Source: Clostridia bacterium (GTDB lineage: Bacteria > Bacillota > Clostridia > Oscillospirales > QAKW01). Taken from it: 64,000 nucleotides of DNA. The stretch is taken from the NCBI GenBank assembly GCA_017464525.1, contig JAFTZM010000022.1:30562-94561 (forward strand). The letters are read 5' to 3'. Shown here one piece after another: positions 39,041 to 49,081 of the stretch. The position numbers and the translations under genes were made by a program. The notes beneath the pieces were generated by a model, which worked only from the letters and a program-made list of their open reading frames with translations, did not search any database and had not been told where the DNA came from. The first letter of the stretch is position 1. Each line of letters starts with the position of its first letter.

Positions 39041-41404
39041 TCAATGAATTTTTGCCGGATCGAAAAGCATTTCCGCCCGCAAGGTCTCCTCCGGCAGGGT
39101 ACCGGAAAGGATCTGCTCTGCCACCCGGCTGCCGATCTCCTTTTCGATCAGCCGGTGCACCGCCCGGGCGCCGTAGCGGCGATCACAGCCCCGGGCCGCC
39201 GCCTCCCGGGCCACCTCCTGATGGAACCGTACCGGATGCCCTTGCTGCTGCAGCCGATGCTCCAGTTCCCGCAGATGCAGCGCTGCGATCCGTTCCAGAG
39301 AGGCCAGCTCCAGCGGCCGGAATACCACCACCTCATCCAGCCGGTTTACAAACTCGGGCCGGAATTGTTTGGTGACCGCACGCCGGATGGAGGCAGCCAG
39401 ATCGGCGGGGCTGCTCTCCCCGAAGCCTAAGGGCTCCTCCTGTAGGGAAGAGGTGCCCAGATTAGAGGTCAAGATGATGATGGTGTTGCGGAAATCGGCG
39501 GTCTTGCCCTGGCCGTCGGTAAGGCGCCCCTCATCCAGAACGCCCAAAAGAATATTCAGCACATCCGGGTGGGCCTTTTCAATCTCGTCAAAAAGCAAAA
39601 TGGAATAGGGGTGGGCCCGTACCTTGCTCACCAGCCCGCCTCCCTGATCAAAGCCGATATACCCCGGCGGGGAACCGATGAGCCGGGAGACGGAATGGGG
39701 CTCCATGTATTCCCCCATGTCGTATTTGAGAAGCGCCTCCTCCCTGCCGAAAAGCTCCTTGGCCAAAAGACGGGCCAGGCGGGTCTTGCCCACCCCGGTG
39801 GGCCCGCAGAAAAGCAGGGTGCAGGAAGGTCTGCGGGGGTCGGAGACCCCTGTCTTGCTCCGCAGCAGAGCGGCGCAAAGGGTGTGGACCGCCGTTTCCT
39901 GCCCGATGAGCCGGGCAGAGATCCGCTCCTCCAGCCCCCGGTAGAGAGCATTGCCCTCCGGATCGTCGGCCTTCAAAGGAATGCCGGTCTTTTCTCCTAC
40001 CAACGCCGCAAGATCGGCGGCGGTGACAATGCCGGGGGCAGCCTCCGGGGTGCGGGTGGCCAGGATCTTTAATTGATCGATCTCGTCCCGTAGCTGCAGG
40101 GCGGCAGAAAACTGCTTGGAGCGCAGCATCTGATCCAGCTCCATCTGCTTTTGCAGAATACGGCTGCGGTGGTTTTGGGTGTCGGCCTGATAGCTGCGCA
40201 GCTGCTCCCGGGCGCCGGCCTCATCTAAAAGATCAATGGCTTTATCCGGTAAAAACCGATCCCCCATATAGCGCTGGGAAAGGCGGATGGCCGCATGAAG
40301 GGTCTCCTCCGGGAACTGCACCGAGTGGTGCTCCTCCAGGGCGGGGCGCAGCCCCTGCAGGATCTCAAAGGTCTGCTCCTCGGTGGGCTCCTCCACCATG
40401 ATGGGGGCAAATCGCCGCTCCAGGGCACCGTCCTTTTCGATGTGCTTGCGGTATTCCTCCAAGGTAGTAGCGCCGATTACCTTGATCCGTCCCCGGGCCA
40501 GGGCGGGCTTCAGGATATTGGCCGCATCGATGGCCCCTTCTGCCGCCCCGGCCCCCACTAAAATGTGCATTTCATCAATAAAAAGGATCAGATTGGGATC
40601 CTTTTCCGCCTCTTCGATGACCGCCCGGAGCCGTTCTTCGAATTCACCCCGGTATTTGGTGCCGGCGATCATGGCGGTGAGATCCAGCATCTGGATCTGT
40701 ACCTCCCGCAGGGCGGCGGGCACCTGCCCCACCGAGATCCTTTGTGCAAGCCCCTCCACGATCACCGTTTTACCCACACCCGGTTCCCCGATAAGGCAGG
40801 GGTTGTTCTTGTTCTGCCGCACCAGTACGCTCATCAGGGTCTCCAGTTCCTTTTCTCGGCCGATCAGCGGATGGGTCTTACCTAAAGCCCCCTCTTTGGT
40901 GAGATTTACCGCAAATTTACTGATGTTTTTGCCGGAGCGGGGCTTGTTTTTATCCGATTGCAGGGGCAGATCGGTCATTCCCATCCGCTCCTGCAGGGCA
41001 GATACCAGCTTTTTGGGCTCGCAGCCCAGCTCGCCCAGCATCCGGTAGGCCACCGCCTCCGGGGTCTCGCAGAGGGAGACCAGCAGGTGATCGGTGCCCA
41101 CCACCGAAAAACCGTGGCGGTGGGCGATCTCCCCGGCATGGGTAATGATCTGCTCCAGCCGGGGGGTCATATCGTTGATGGAAAGCAGGGTGGGGCTGCC
41201 CTTGCCGATCATCTGCTCCATTTTTTTGGCCACCTTATCGGGGGTCAGCCCCTTGGAGATCATCAGCCGGGAGGCGATCCCCTCGGTCTCCTTCAGAAGG
41301 CCGTAAAGCAGATGCTCACTTCCCAGATAGGTATGCCCCAGCTCCTCTGCGGCGGTCAGGCTCCGCTCCAGTGCATGGGCGGCAAGCTTTGAAAAACGTT
41401 CCAT
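39041..41404 (-). CDS. clpC: ATP-dependent Clp protease ATP-binding subunit ClpC
   Basis: Clp N repeats; two AAA+ modules (GEPGVGKT, GPTGVGKT); UVR-like middle segment. Confidence 0.9.
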   Translation of the reverse strand: MERFSKLAAHALERSLTAAEELGHTYLGSEHLLYGLLKETEGIASRLMISKGLTPDKVAKKMEQMIGKGSPTLLSINDMTPRLEQIITHAGEIAHRHGFSVVGTDHLLVSLCETPEAVAYRMLGELGCEPKKLVSALQERMGMTDLPLQSDKNKPRSGKNISKFAVNLTKEGALGKTHPLIGREKELETLMSVLVRQNKNNPCLIGEPGVGKTVIVEGLAQRISVGQVPAALREVQIQMLDLTAMIAGTKYRGEFEERLRAVIEEAEKDPNLILFIDEMHILVGAGAAEGAIDAANILKPALARGRIKVIGATTLEEYRKHIEKDGALERRFAPIMVEEPTEEQTFEILQGLRPALEEHHSVQFPEETLHAAIRLSQRYMGDRFLPDKAIDLLDEAGAREQLRSYQADTQNHRSRILQKQMELDQMLRSKQFSAALQLRDEIDQLKILATRTPEAAPGIVTAADLAALVGEKTGIPLKADDPEGNALYRGLEERISARLIGQETAVHTLCAALLRSKTGVSDPRRPSCTLLFCGPTGVGKTRLARLLAKELFGREEALLKYDMGEYMEPHSVSRLIGSPPGYIGFDQGGGLVSKVRAHPYSILLFDEIEKAHPDVLNILLGVLDEGRLTDGQGKTADFRNTIIILTSNLGTSSLQEEPLGFGESSPADLAASIRRAVTKQFRPEFVNRLDEVVVFRPLELASLERIAALHLRELEHRLQQQGHPVRFHQEVAREAAARGCDRRYGARAVHRLIEKEIGSRVAEQILSGTLPEETLRAEMLFDPAKIH

Positions 41405-41497
41405 ATGCTCACGCTCCTTTGAACCTATTATTGACAGCGTGTGTCTTTTTCATTATATGATTGAAAAAAATCCGTTATTATGTTATTATTTATAAGA

Positions 41498-41774
41498 TAG
41501 GGTGAGCAGTCAAACCAAGACTCGCCGTAAAGCAGTAAATTTCGCTGCTTTTTGCTCTGATCGTTCTTGCAAGGCGACAGTTTCCTTCACCCAATCGAAA
41601 CAAAAATCCCTCAAAATTCACTCGCTTTACGGTCATGGATTTTGAAAAGAGCGGATTTTTGATCAATCAAGGCACAAAACACAGCCAATACTGCCGTATT
41701 GGCGAGTAATTTAACGAAGAGTGAGCAAAAATCCGCCTTTTCAAAACGGAGTTCGGGTTTGACTGCTCACCCTA
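41498..41774. repeat. TA-flanked imperfect-palindrome repeat, full copy C (277 bp, reverse orientation relative to B)
   Basis: Termini TAGGGTGAGCAGTCAAAC ... GTTTGACTGCTCACCCTA (18-bp perfect TIR); internal hairpin GCCAATAC-TGC-CGTATTGGC. Confidence 0.75.
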
Positions 41775-41786
41775 GAAAGTGAAAAG

Positions 41787-42287
41787 ATGATCCATATCGT
41801 TTTAGTGGAGCCGGAGATCCCCCAGAATACCGGTAATATCTCCCGTACCTGCGCCGCCACCGGCTGTGCCTTACACCTGATCGAGCCTCTGGGCTTTCGC
41901 ATCGATGAAAAGGCTGTCCGCCGGGCGGGGCTGGATTATTGGCAATATCTGAACCTGACGGTGCATAAAAATTATGAGGAATTCGAAGCGGCAAATGCCG
42001 GTAAGGGGCGGATGTATTTCTGCACCACCAAGGGAAAAAATACTTATAGTGAAATGAATTATGATACCGATGAGGATCTTTATTTTATCTTCGGAAAGGA
42101 AACTAAGGGCCTGCCGGAGCGGATCCTGAAGCAGCATCCCGATACTTGTATTCGGATCCCCATGATCGACGAGGCCCGAAGCCTTAATCTTTCCAATTCG
42201 GTGGCGGTCATTGCCTATGAAGCTCTGCGCCAGCAGGATTTCGGCGCCTTGAAAAGAGAAGGCGAATTAACCGGCAGAATAGATTAA
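41787..42287 (+). CDS. trmL: tRNA (cytidine/uridine-2'-O)-methyltransferase TrmL (SpoU class)
   Basis: VLVEPEIPQNTGNISRTCAATG start; 166 aa SPOUT fold. Confidence 0.85.
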   Translation: MIHIVLVEPEIPQNTGNISRTCAATGCALHLIEPLGFRIDEKAVRRAGLDYWQYLNLTVHKNYEEFEAANAGKGRMYFCTTKGKNTYSEMNYDTDEDLYFIFGKETKGLPERILKQHPDTCIRIPMIDEARSLNLSNSVAVIAYEALRQQDFGALKREGELTGRID

Positions 42288-42310
42288 AGAGAAACGTCCA
42301 TACTGAAGGT

Positions 42311-43411
42311 ATGGAAATGTTTACACTTTTAATTATCGCACAGGCCTGTTCCCTCACAGGGGGCTTTGTGCAAACGCTGGTGCTTTCTTGGGCAGCAGCG
42401 GAGCTGGGCGGCGGGCTTTATAGCCTGGCGGGTTATATGATCGCCTGCTATCTGCCGGTAGCGGTGCTCTCCTACCCCTTCGGGCGGTGGCTGGATCGGC
42501 GCCCCCAGAAGGGGTGGTTGGTGGCCAGCGAAGTGGTGTTGGCCGGGCTTTCCTTTGTGCTTTGGCGGATGGCAGAGCGGCTCACTTTTCCCTTTTTGCT
42601 GGGCTTCGGCGCCGTTTGGGGAGTGGTGCGTGCCTTTCAGACCCCCATCTACCAAAGCCTGCCCCGCAGGCTGGCAAAGGACCTTTCAAAAGGAACTGCC
42701 CTGCTCACGGTGGTCACCTATGCTGCTCGGGGGTTGGGGCCCATCATTGGTGGTCTGCTTTACCAAAAGTGGGGAGCAGGCCCACCTTTTCTGTTGAATT
42801 TCATATCTTTTATACCGTCTGTAATATTATTGTGCTGTTTAAAACTGCCGGATCCTCAAAAAACCAAAAAGATTCGGCTGAGGCAATGGTTGCCCCGGGT
42901 GGGAAAGATCTTTTTAGTTTCCTTTCTGGGGGTCAATTATAACGTGACCTTTGTGGCGTTGGTCAAGGATGCGGGCTTGGGCAGCGGGTCCTATGGCATC
43001 GCTCTGGGGCTGCTGGGCGGGGGTGCCCTGATCGGGTTTGCCCTTAAAAAGTACCTGCCGGAAAAGATCTTTTTGCCGGGAATGGGGCTGCTGAATCTGG
43101 CTCTGGCCTTTCTGCCGGGGATCTGGTGGCGGGGGATCTGCATCTTGCTCTACGGCATTTTGGATTTCGGATTCTTCTCCACGGCGGTATTTGAGCTTTC
43201 CCAAAAAGCCCAAAAGGAAGAGATCACCTCGGTGATGGGGCTTTATACGGTGGCCACCGTGGGGGCTCTGCCGGTGGGGGCGTTATTCTGGAGCTTTGTC
43301 TCCAAAACCTGGGGCTTGCCGGTGGCACTTTGCGCCATCGGCGGGGGTTTGATTTTGTTATTTTTTATTTTTAAAGGTGATAAGCATGAAAAACGTAATG
43401 AAAATTTTTGA
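42311..43411 (+). CDS. MFS transporter
   Basis: Multi-TM, 366 aa. Confidence 0.7.
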   Translation: MEMFTLLIIAQACSLTGGFVQTLVLSWAAAELGGGLYSLAGYMIACYLPVAVLSYPFGRWLDRRPQKGWLVASEVVLAGLSFVLWRMAERLTFPFLLGFGAVWGVVRAFQTPIYQSLPRRLAKDLSKGTALLTVVTYAARGLGPIIGGLLYQKWGAGPPFLLNFISFIPSVILLCCLKLPDPQKTKKIRLRQWLPRVGKIFLVSFLGVNYNVTFVALVKDAGLGSGSYGIALGLLGGGALIGFALKKYLPEKIFLPGMGLLNLALAFLPGIWWRGICILLYGILDFGFFSTAVFELSQKAQKEEITSVMGLYTVATVGALPVGALFWSFVSKTWGLPVALCAIGGGLILLFFIFKGDKHEKRNENF

Positions 43412-44768
43412 GCAGCTGGCAGCGATCCCGCATGGCTCCGGCAATACCAAGGCGATCAGCGATTTTTGCGTTGCCTACGCTCAAAAGCGGGGCTTCGAAA
43501 CGGAGCAGGATGCCCTCAATAATGTGCTGATCCGGGTGCCGGCCTCCGCAGGCTATGAGGAGCATCCCACCGTCATTTTGCAGGGGCATCTGGATATGGT
43601 CTGCGAAAAGGAGCCCACCAGTAAGCATGATTTTGAAAAGGATCCTCTTCAGCTTCGGCGGGAAGGGGATTGGCTGATGGCAACCGATACCACCCTCGGC
43701 GGTGACGACGGTATTGCCATCGCCTATGGGCTGGCGTTGTTGGATGAAAAAACGCCCCACCCTGCCTTGGAACTGTTCTTTACCGTGGATGAGGAGACGG
43801 GCATGGACGGCGCCATCGGCTTCGATCCTGTCTGGCTTACCGGCCGCCGATTGCTGAACCTGGACTCCGAGGAGGAGGGCCAGCTCATCGTCTCCGCCGC
43901 CGGGGGCAGAAATGTGATCGGTCGGCTGCCGCTGAAATGGGAACCCTGCACAGGGGCGGTCTATGAGATCAAGGTAGACGGCCTGCAGGGCGGTCACAGC
44001 GGCGCTGAGATCCATCAGGGCCGGGCCAATGCCAATATTATTTTAGGAAAAATTCTGAGCGGGCTTAACTGCCGCATCATCGAGATCAACGGCGGCACTA
44101 AGGCTAATGCCATCACCCGCACCGCTGCCGCGCTGGTGGCGATGGAAACTCCTGTGGACGGCGGAGATCTCACCGCCCTGTTTCGCCGGGAGTACGGGGA
44201 GCGGGATCCGGAGCTGATTGTTACCGTCACCACCGCCACCTCCCTGAAGATGCTGGAGGCAGAGACCTCTGCCAAAGCCATCTCCCTGCTTTCGAGCCTG
44301 CCCGATGGGGTGCAGGCGTGGAGCACCGAGATCGAAGGGCTGGTGGAGACCTCCCTTAACTGCGGCATTGTGACCACCGATGAGGAATTCCTGACCGTGC
44401 TCACCTCCCTGCGCAGCATGAAAAACAGCGAACGGGACGACCTGAACGATAAGATCGTTGCGCTGATGGAGCGCAGCGGCGCCATTGTGGAAACAGAGGC
44501 CGGCTATCCCGCTTGGGAGTATAAAGCGGATTCTCCTCTGCAGAAGGTGGTCTGCAATTGCTATCAAAAGATGGCCAAAAAGGAAATGCAGGTCATCGCC
44601 CTCCATGCAGGGCTGGAATGCGGCCTGCTCTCCGAAAAACTCCCGGGCCTGGATTGCGTTTCCATGGGCCCCGATATGAAGGATATCCATACCCCCCGGG
44701 AGCGTATCTCGGTATCTTCCGTTGAAAGAACATGGGAATTGCTGAAGGAAATTCTAAAAAATCTGTAA
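43386..44768 (+). CDS. pepD: aminoacyl-histidine dipeptidase (Xaa-His dipeptidase, M20C)
   Basis: PepD N-terminus KIFEQLAAIPHGSGN; M20 motifs HLDMV and GGDDGIA; RBS AAAGGTGA. Confidence 0.85.
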   Translation: MKNVMKIFEQLAAIPHGSGNTKAISDFCVAYAQKRGFETEQDALNNVLIRVPASAGYEEHPTVILQGHLDMVCEKEPTSKHDFEKDPLQLRREGDWLMATDTTLGGDDGIAIAYGLALLDEKTPHPALELFFTVDEETGMDGAIGFDPVWLTGRRLLNLDSEEEGQLIVSAAGGRNVIGRLPLKWEPCTGAVYEIKVDGLQGGHSGAEIHQGRANANIILGKILSGLNCRIIEINGGTKANAITRTAAALVAMETPVDGGDLTALFRREYGERDPELIVTVTTATSLKMLEAETSAKAISLLSSLPDGVQAWSTEIEGLVETSLNCGIVTTDEEFLTVLTSLRSMKNSERDDLNDKIVALMERSGAIVETEAGYPAWEYKADSPLQKVVCNCYQKMAKKEMQVIALHAGLECGLLSEKLPGLDCVSMGPDMKDIHTPRERISVSSVERTWELLKEILKNL

Positions 44769-44770
44769 GA

Positions 44771-44797
44771 AAAAACGGCCTTTAAGGCCGTTTTTTT
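44771..44797. terminator. bidirectional terminator shared by pepD and the convergent MFS gene (stem encodes KKRP-stop)
   Basis: AAAAAACGGCC-TTTA-AGGCCGTTTTTTT. Confidence 0.6.
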
Positions 44798-46011
44798 ATA
44801 GAGTTTTTGAAGTATTTTTTCATATAAAGCAGCAAACAGAAGCCCAGAATGGGGAAGATAGTGGCGATCAACATCCCCACCTTCATGCCCACCTGATCGG
44901 GGGTGAGGCCGGGGAAGCTCCGGGCCCATGAGGTGGCGGCTACGCCGTCCACAATAGCACCCAGCATCTGCGGCGCCACCGATCCGCCGAAATCGCCGCC
45001 GGCGGCCATCAGCGCATAGGCGGTCACCCCGGCAGCAGGAAATTTTTCTTCCATTAAAATGAGGGTGCCCGGCCAGAGCATGGAGGTGCAGAAGCCGGTG
45101 AGCACGCAGGCCACCATGGAGACTACCGGCACCGGGGAAAGCCCCGCCACCAGGTAACAAACAATGGTGCCCAGCATACTGAACAGCAGGGTGTTGAGGA
45201 TGTTTTTGCCGTATTTGGCGTAAAGGGTGCGGGCGGTGCCCAGCAGAATGGCAAAAAGGGCCAGCCCCAGGATGTCTCCCAGCGCCTTGGGGATCTGCAG
45301 AGCACTCTCTACATAGGCGGAGATCCAGTTGGTCATGCCGTTTTCGGCGGCGCTTCCCAAAAAGATGCAGGCCACGCAAAGCGCCATCCCGAACTGCCGC
45401 TTGCCGGCGGCCTTGGTGTTGCTGTGGGAAATATCCATCTCCGGTAGGGGAGAGGTGCAGAAGAGCACGCTGGAAATAATAGGCACCAGCGCCCAGAAAA
45501 CGGTGAGAAACATCCAATTTTCCCGCCCGAAAAGCTGCAGATATGCAGTGCTGATGACCACCACCGTCAGCACGCCCCAAGCGTAGAGGGAATGGAGCAT
45601 ACTCATGTCCTTCTCCGGGGTCTCGGAGGGCAGCGCCGCCACCGTGGGGCTCAGAAGCACCTCGCAAAGCCCGGCGGCGATGGAAAAGAGCACCGTTCCC
45701 ACCAGCAGCCCCAGATAGGCGATCTGGGGGAAGAAGGTGGGGATGAGGGCATAGATCAGCAGCCCGGCCGAGGTGAGCAGCGGCATCACCCGGAGGGTCT
45801 TTTTAATGTTAAAATATCTGGAAAAGAAGGAAAAGATCAAGTCCACCGTCAGTTGGGTGCAGAAGTTGACCAAAACCAGCGTCCCTAAAAGGGTGTAGGA
45901 GATGCCGTACATCTCTCGAAAGGTCATGAATAGGATCGGCGGCAGGCTGAATACCGACGACATGGCAAGATAGGTAAAATAGCAGGTGTATTTGGTCTTT
46001 TTAAAACTCAT
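44782..46011 (-). CDS. MFS transporter
   Basis: 12 TM, 409 aa. Confidence 0.7.
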   Translation of the reverse strand: MSFKKTKYTCYFTYLAMSSVFSLPPILFMTFREMYGISYTLLGTLVLVNFCTQLTVDLIFSFFSRYFNIKKTLRVMPLLTSAGLLIYALIPTFFPQIAYLGLLVGTVLFSIAAGLCEVLLSPTVAALPSETPEKDMSMLHSLYAWGVLTVVVISTAYLQLFGRENWMFLTVFWALVPIISSVLFCTSPLPEMDISHSNTKAAGKRQFGMALCVACIFLGSAAENGMTNWISAYVESALQIPKALGDILGLALFAILLGTARTLYAKYGKNILNTLLFSMLGTIVCYLVAGLSPVPVVSMVACVLTGFCTSMLWPGTLILMEEKFPAAGVTAYALMAAGGDFGGSVAPQMLGAIVDGVAATSWARSFPGLTPDQVGMKVGMLIATIFPILGFCLLLYMKKYFKNSIKKRP

Positions 46012-46123
46012 GGCTCGCTCCTGTTTGGTTTTTAGAAACTATAACACATAAAATGAGGAAAAACAATACTTGAAATCTCTAAAAAAATGATTATACTGAA
46101 AGAAAAAAGGGAGGTATTGTATT

Positions 46124-47137
46124 ATGGATAAGATCAGAGCAGTGCTTCTGCACCTTGGCTCTAATATGTGGCGCAAAAAGGGGTACCAAAGCCCCGCCAA
46201 AAAGGATGTAGAGGATTTTATCTACCGGGATGAAATGTTCTGCCAGAAGGAGGTCTGGACCCGGATCACTTCTCTGCTGCCCAAAATGGGGTTTAATACC
46301 CTGGTGATCGATCTGGGTGAGGGGGTTCGGCTGGATTCTCACCCCGAACTGGCAGTCCCGGGCAGCTGGAGCAAGCAGGAAATGCAAGAGGAGCTGGCCC
46401 GCCTGCGGAGGCTGGGGCTGAACCCCATCCCCAAGTTCAATTTTTCCCCCGGCCATTCGGCCTGGATGGGGGATTGGGCCTATCGTATCGGCACTCCGGA
46501 ATTTGATGGGTTCTGCAAGGATCTCATCGAGGAGACCATTGATCTTTTCGATACCCCCGACTTTTTCCATATCGGCCTGGAGGAAGAGGACTATCATTCC
46601 CAAAAAAATAATTATATCGCTGTGGTGCGCTGCCCCGAGAAGAAGACACGGGACACCAAATACCTCTTCGATATCATTATGAACCGCGGAGTGCGGCCCG
46701 CCATCTGGATGGATCTGCAGACCCTGGAGAACTTCGGCGGCCCTGAAAATATTCGGGATAATATGCCCCAAGAGGTGCTGTTTTTTACCTGGAACTATGA
46801 CATTCACCGGGATATGCCCACCCTGGAGCAGGCAGATGATTATATCCGGCTGATCCACCAGCTTGCTGCCCTTGACTATGATGTGGTGCCTACCACCTCC
46901 ACCTGGTGCTGGCATCTAAACACCAAAGAGGTGATGACCGCCTGTAAAAAGTTTGTTCCCGCGGAACGGATCGCCGGCTTTATGACCGCATCCTGGATGC
47001 TCACCCGGGAAAATAAATTTTTCCAGCTGCTCAACGACGCCTATACCTTCCATACCGCCTACCGGGATGTGTTTGGATTGGAAAATGCTGATTTTAAACC
47101 ATGGGAACTATATATTGAAAAAGAAGGCTCAATTTGA
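46124..47137 (+). CDS. hypothetical protein (possible glycosidase-like TIM-barrel)
   Basis: No confident domain; RBS GGGAGG. Confidence 0.4.
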   Translation: MDKIRAVLLHLGSNMWRKKGYQSPAKKDVEDFIYRDEMFCQKEVWTRITSLLPKMGFNTLVIDLGEGVRLDSHPELAVPGSWSKQEMQEELARLRRLGLNPIPKFNFSPGHSAWMGDWAYRIGTPEFDGFCKDLIEETIDLFDTPDFFHIGLEEEDYHSQKNNYIAVVRCPEKKTRDTKYLFDIIMNRGVRPAIWMDLQTLENFGGPENIRDNMPQEVLFFTWNYDIHRDMPTLEQADDYIRLIHQLAALDYDVVPTTSTWCWHLNTKEVMTACKKFVPAERIAGFMTASWMLTRENKFFQLLNDAYTFHTAYRDVFGLENADFKPWELYIEKEGSI

Positions 47138-48493
47138 GCCTTCTTTTTCAATATAGACCGTTTGATCCGGAAGGAGCGTGAAGTTTTCCGAATCCCAATC
47201 GGTGAGGGAGATGAAGTGGTCCTCATCGATGAGGTAGACCTTTCCGCCCCGGAGGGTGGTGGTAACCTCTTGGGTCTCGCCGGTGGTGTTGGTGATGAGG
47301 GCGCCGGCGGTGTTTTCTCCGATGGCGGCCACGGCGTAGAGCTTATAGGTGTCGCTCTCGCAGAGCACCTGCGTGCCCATGGCGTAAAGCTTGCCGAAGG
47401 CCTTGAAGGAATAGTAGGTACTTACCGGGATGGCCGCATAGGGTTGGAAGAATCCGGCATAGCGCCCGGCATTCAATCGGGCATCGTAGTAGCAGAGCAT
47501 ATCGGTGGGGCAGTTCTGCAGAGCACACATCATAGCGGCCACCTGCGCCGAAGCGTAGGAGGTGCCGTGCTGGATCTCGGCGTGGGGGCCGTTCCATTCA
47601 TTAAGCATGGTTTCCAGCTTTCCGTAGCCGCGGGCGGTTAAAAAGCGACCCATAAACTTGGAGATCTCTACCGTCTGTTCCACGGTGGCATAGCTATGCC
47701 AGCTGAAAAAGTCGATGGGGGAGTTGTGCTCCTTGATGTAGGCGAAAAAGCCCTCTAAAAACTCCATCCGGAAGTAACCGATCTTGGTGGGGTTGATCAG
47801 CGCACCTGCTACGCTGGGGTCAACTCCGTACTTTTCGCAATCATGGAAAACCCCGCGGGGACAGCAGGCACCGTAGCCGCCTACCTTGATGGTGTCGCCA
47901 AAGCAGGCCTTCAGGTGCTTGGCTGCCACATCATAAAGCTCGTAGAACTGCTCGTTGGTGCCGAGCCACATCTGATTCTCGCCGGGTACACCGTTATCGG
48001 GCTCGTTCCAGATCTCCCAGTATTCGATGTTCATATGAAAACCGTCTGCCCAGCCCTCGTTGTAGTGGCGGATGACGTGCTCGCAGATGCGGGCCCACTT
48101 ATTATAGTCCTTGGGCGGGTAGATGTGGTAGGCCTTGATATGAAACTGATTTTCAATGGTGACCCCCAGACGGAAAATGGGCTTAACACCGTATTCCTCC
48201 ATCCCCTTCAGCAGATAGTCGGTAAAAGCGAAATCGTAATTGGCGGGGTCAGTCTCGTCCGCATCGAAATTGCGGAAGAGGTTGGGGATGTCCACAAATC
48301 GGTTGCCGCCGAAGGCACCGCCTACATCGTGGAGCCGGGAGTAGGGGATATTTGCTTCCTTGAGAAAGTTAATGGGGGAAAGGTCCAGCGATTTAAAGCC
48401 GCCTGCCATGGGCGGCTGCCCCACTGCGTGCATAGGCTTGATCCGGCCGATGGTTTGGCTCAGATCGATTTTAACAGTTGTCATAGAAAACAT
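47129..48493 (-). CDS. glycoside hydrolase, clan GH-A (GH39/GH30-like)
   Basis: WEIWNEPDN catalytic acid/base motif typical of clan GH-A. Confidence 0.55.
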   Translation of the reverse strand: MFSMTTVKIDLSQTIGRIKPMHAVGQPPMAGGFKSLDLSPINFLKEANIPYSRLHDVGGAFGGNRFVDIPNLFRNFDADETDPANYDFAFTDYLLKGMEEYGVKPIFRLGVTIENQFHIKAYHIYPPKDYNKWARICEHVIRHYNEGWADGFHMNIEYWEIWNEPDNGVPGENQMWLGTNEQFYELYDVAAKHLKACFGDTIKVGGYGACCPRGVFHDCEKYGVDPSVAGALINPTKIGYFRMEFLEGFFAYIKEHNSPIDFFSWHSYATVEQTVEISKFMGRFLTARGYGKLETMLNEWNGPHAEIQHGTSYASAQVAAMMCALQNCPTDMLCYYDARLNAGRYAGFFQPYAAIPVSTYYSFKAFGKLYAMGTQVLCESDTYKLYAVAAIGENTAGALITNTTGETQEVTTTLRGGKVYLIDEDHFISLTDWDSENFTLLPDQTVYIEKEGSN

Positions 48494-48603
48494 CTCCTTT
48501 TGAGATTATTCTAACATAGAAAATGATGATGTCAATAAAAACGGTTACGAAACATTTTCGTAAAAAATCCCCGCCTGTATTTGCAGGCGGGGATATATTT
48601 CTT

Positions 48604-49065
48604 TCAGGAGAGTACACCTGCGGCACTGCAGGTGATGGTGACCGATTGTTCCACTGTTTTGGTGGCAATGCCAAGGAAGTACCGCTTGGCGGTGATATCA
48701 CCGATGGCTTTATTGCCGCTCTTGGTAGCTGTTTTTTCTGTGATTTTCCAATTGGAATCAGTGATAGAGGTCGTAATGCTGGCTACGGTGCAGGTGGCCG
48801 AGCTGCCGGTATAGGTAAAGGTGGCGCTCAACGTTGCTTGCCAAATTTCTCTACCGCTTTCACTACGGTAAACAATACTTTTTTGCCCGCTTTTGGTGTT
48901 GGTGGCTCTCGTTGCCGGGCCTTCTGTTACTGCGCCGATCTCCAGATAGGAGCCATCCTCAAAATAAATAACCTCCGCCGGTTCTGCCGGGCATACTGCC
49001 GAAGCAGGAAGGCAACAGAGAACTGTGCATAAAACTGTTACTAATAAAATGCTGATTTTTTTCAT
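48604..49065 (-). CDS. secreted beta-rich protein (third gene of the PadR-HAAS module)
   Basis: Signal peptide; Ser/Thr-rich. Confidence 0.4.
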   Translation of the reverse strand: MKKISILLVTVLCTVLCCLPASAVCPAEPAEVIYFEDGSYLEIGAVTEGPATRATNTKSGQKSIVYRSESGREIWQATLSATFTYTGSSATCTVASITTSITDSNWKITEKTATKSGNKAIGDITAKRYFLGIATKTVEQSVTITCSAAGVLS

Positions 49066-49081
49066 GGCAACTTCCCTTGCG

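Noticed and set aside
41405-41497. CtsR operator (GGTCAAA-NAN-GGTCAAA) upstream of clpC
   Set aside because: Only partial matches (GTCAAACCAAGAC within the repeat terminus). Not convincing enough to call. The repeat element occupies the region.
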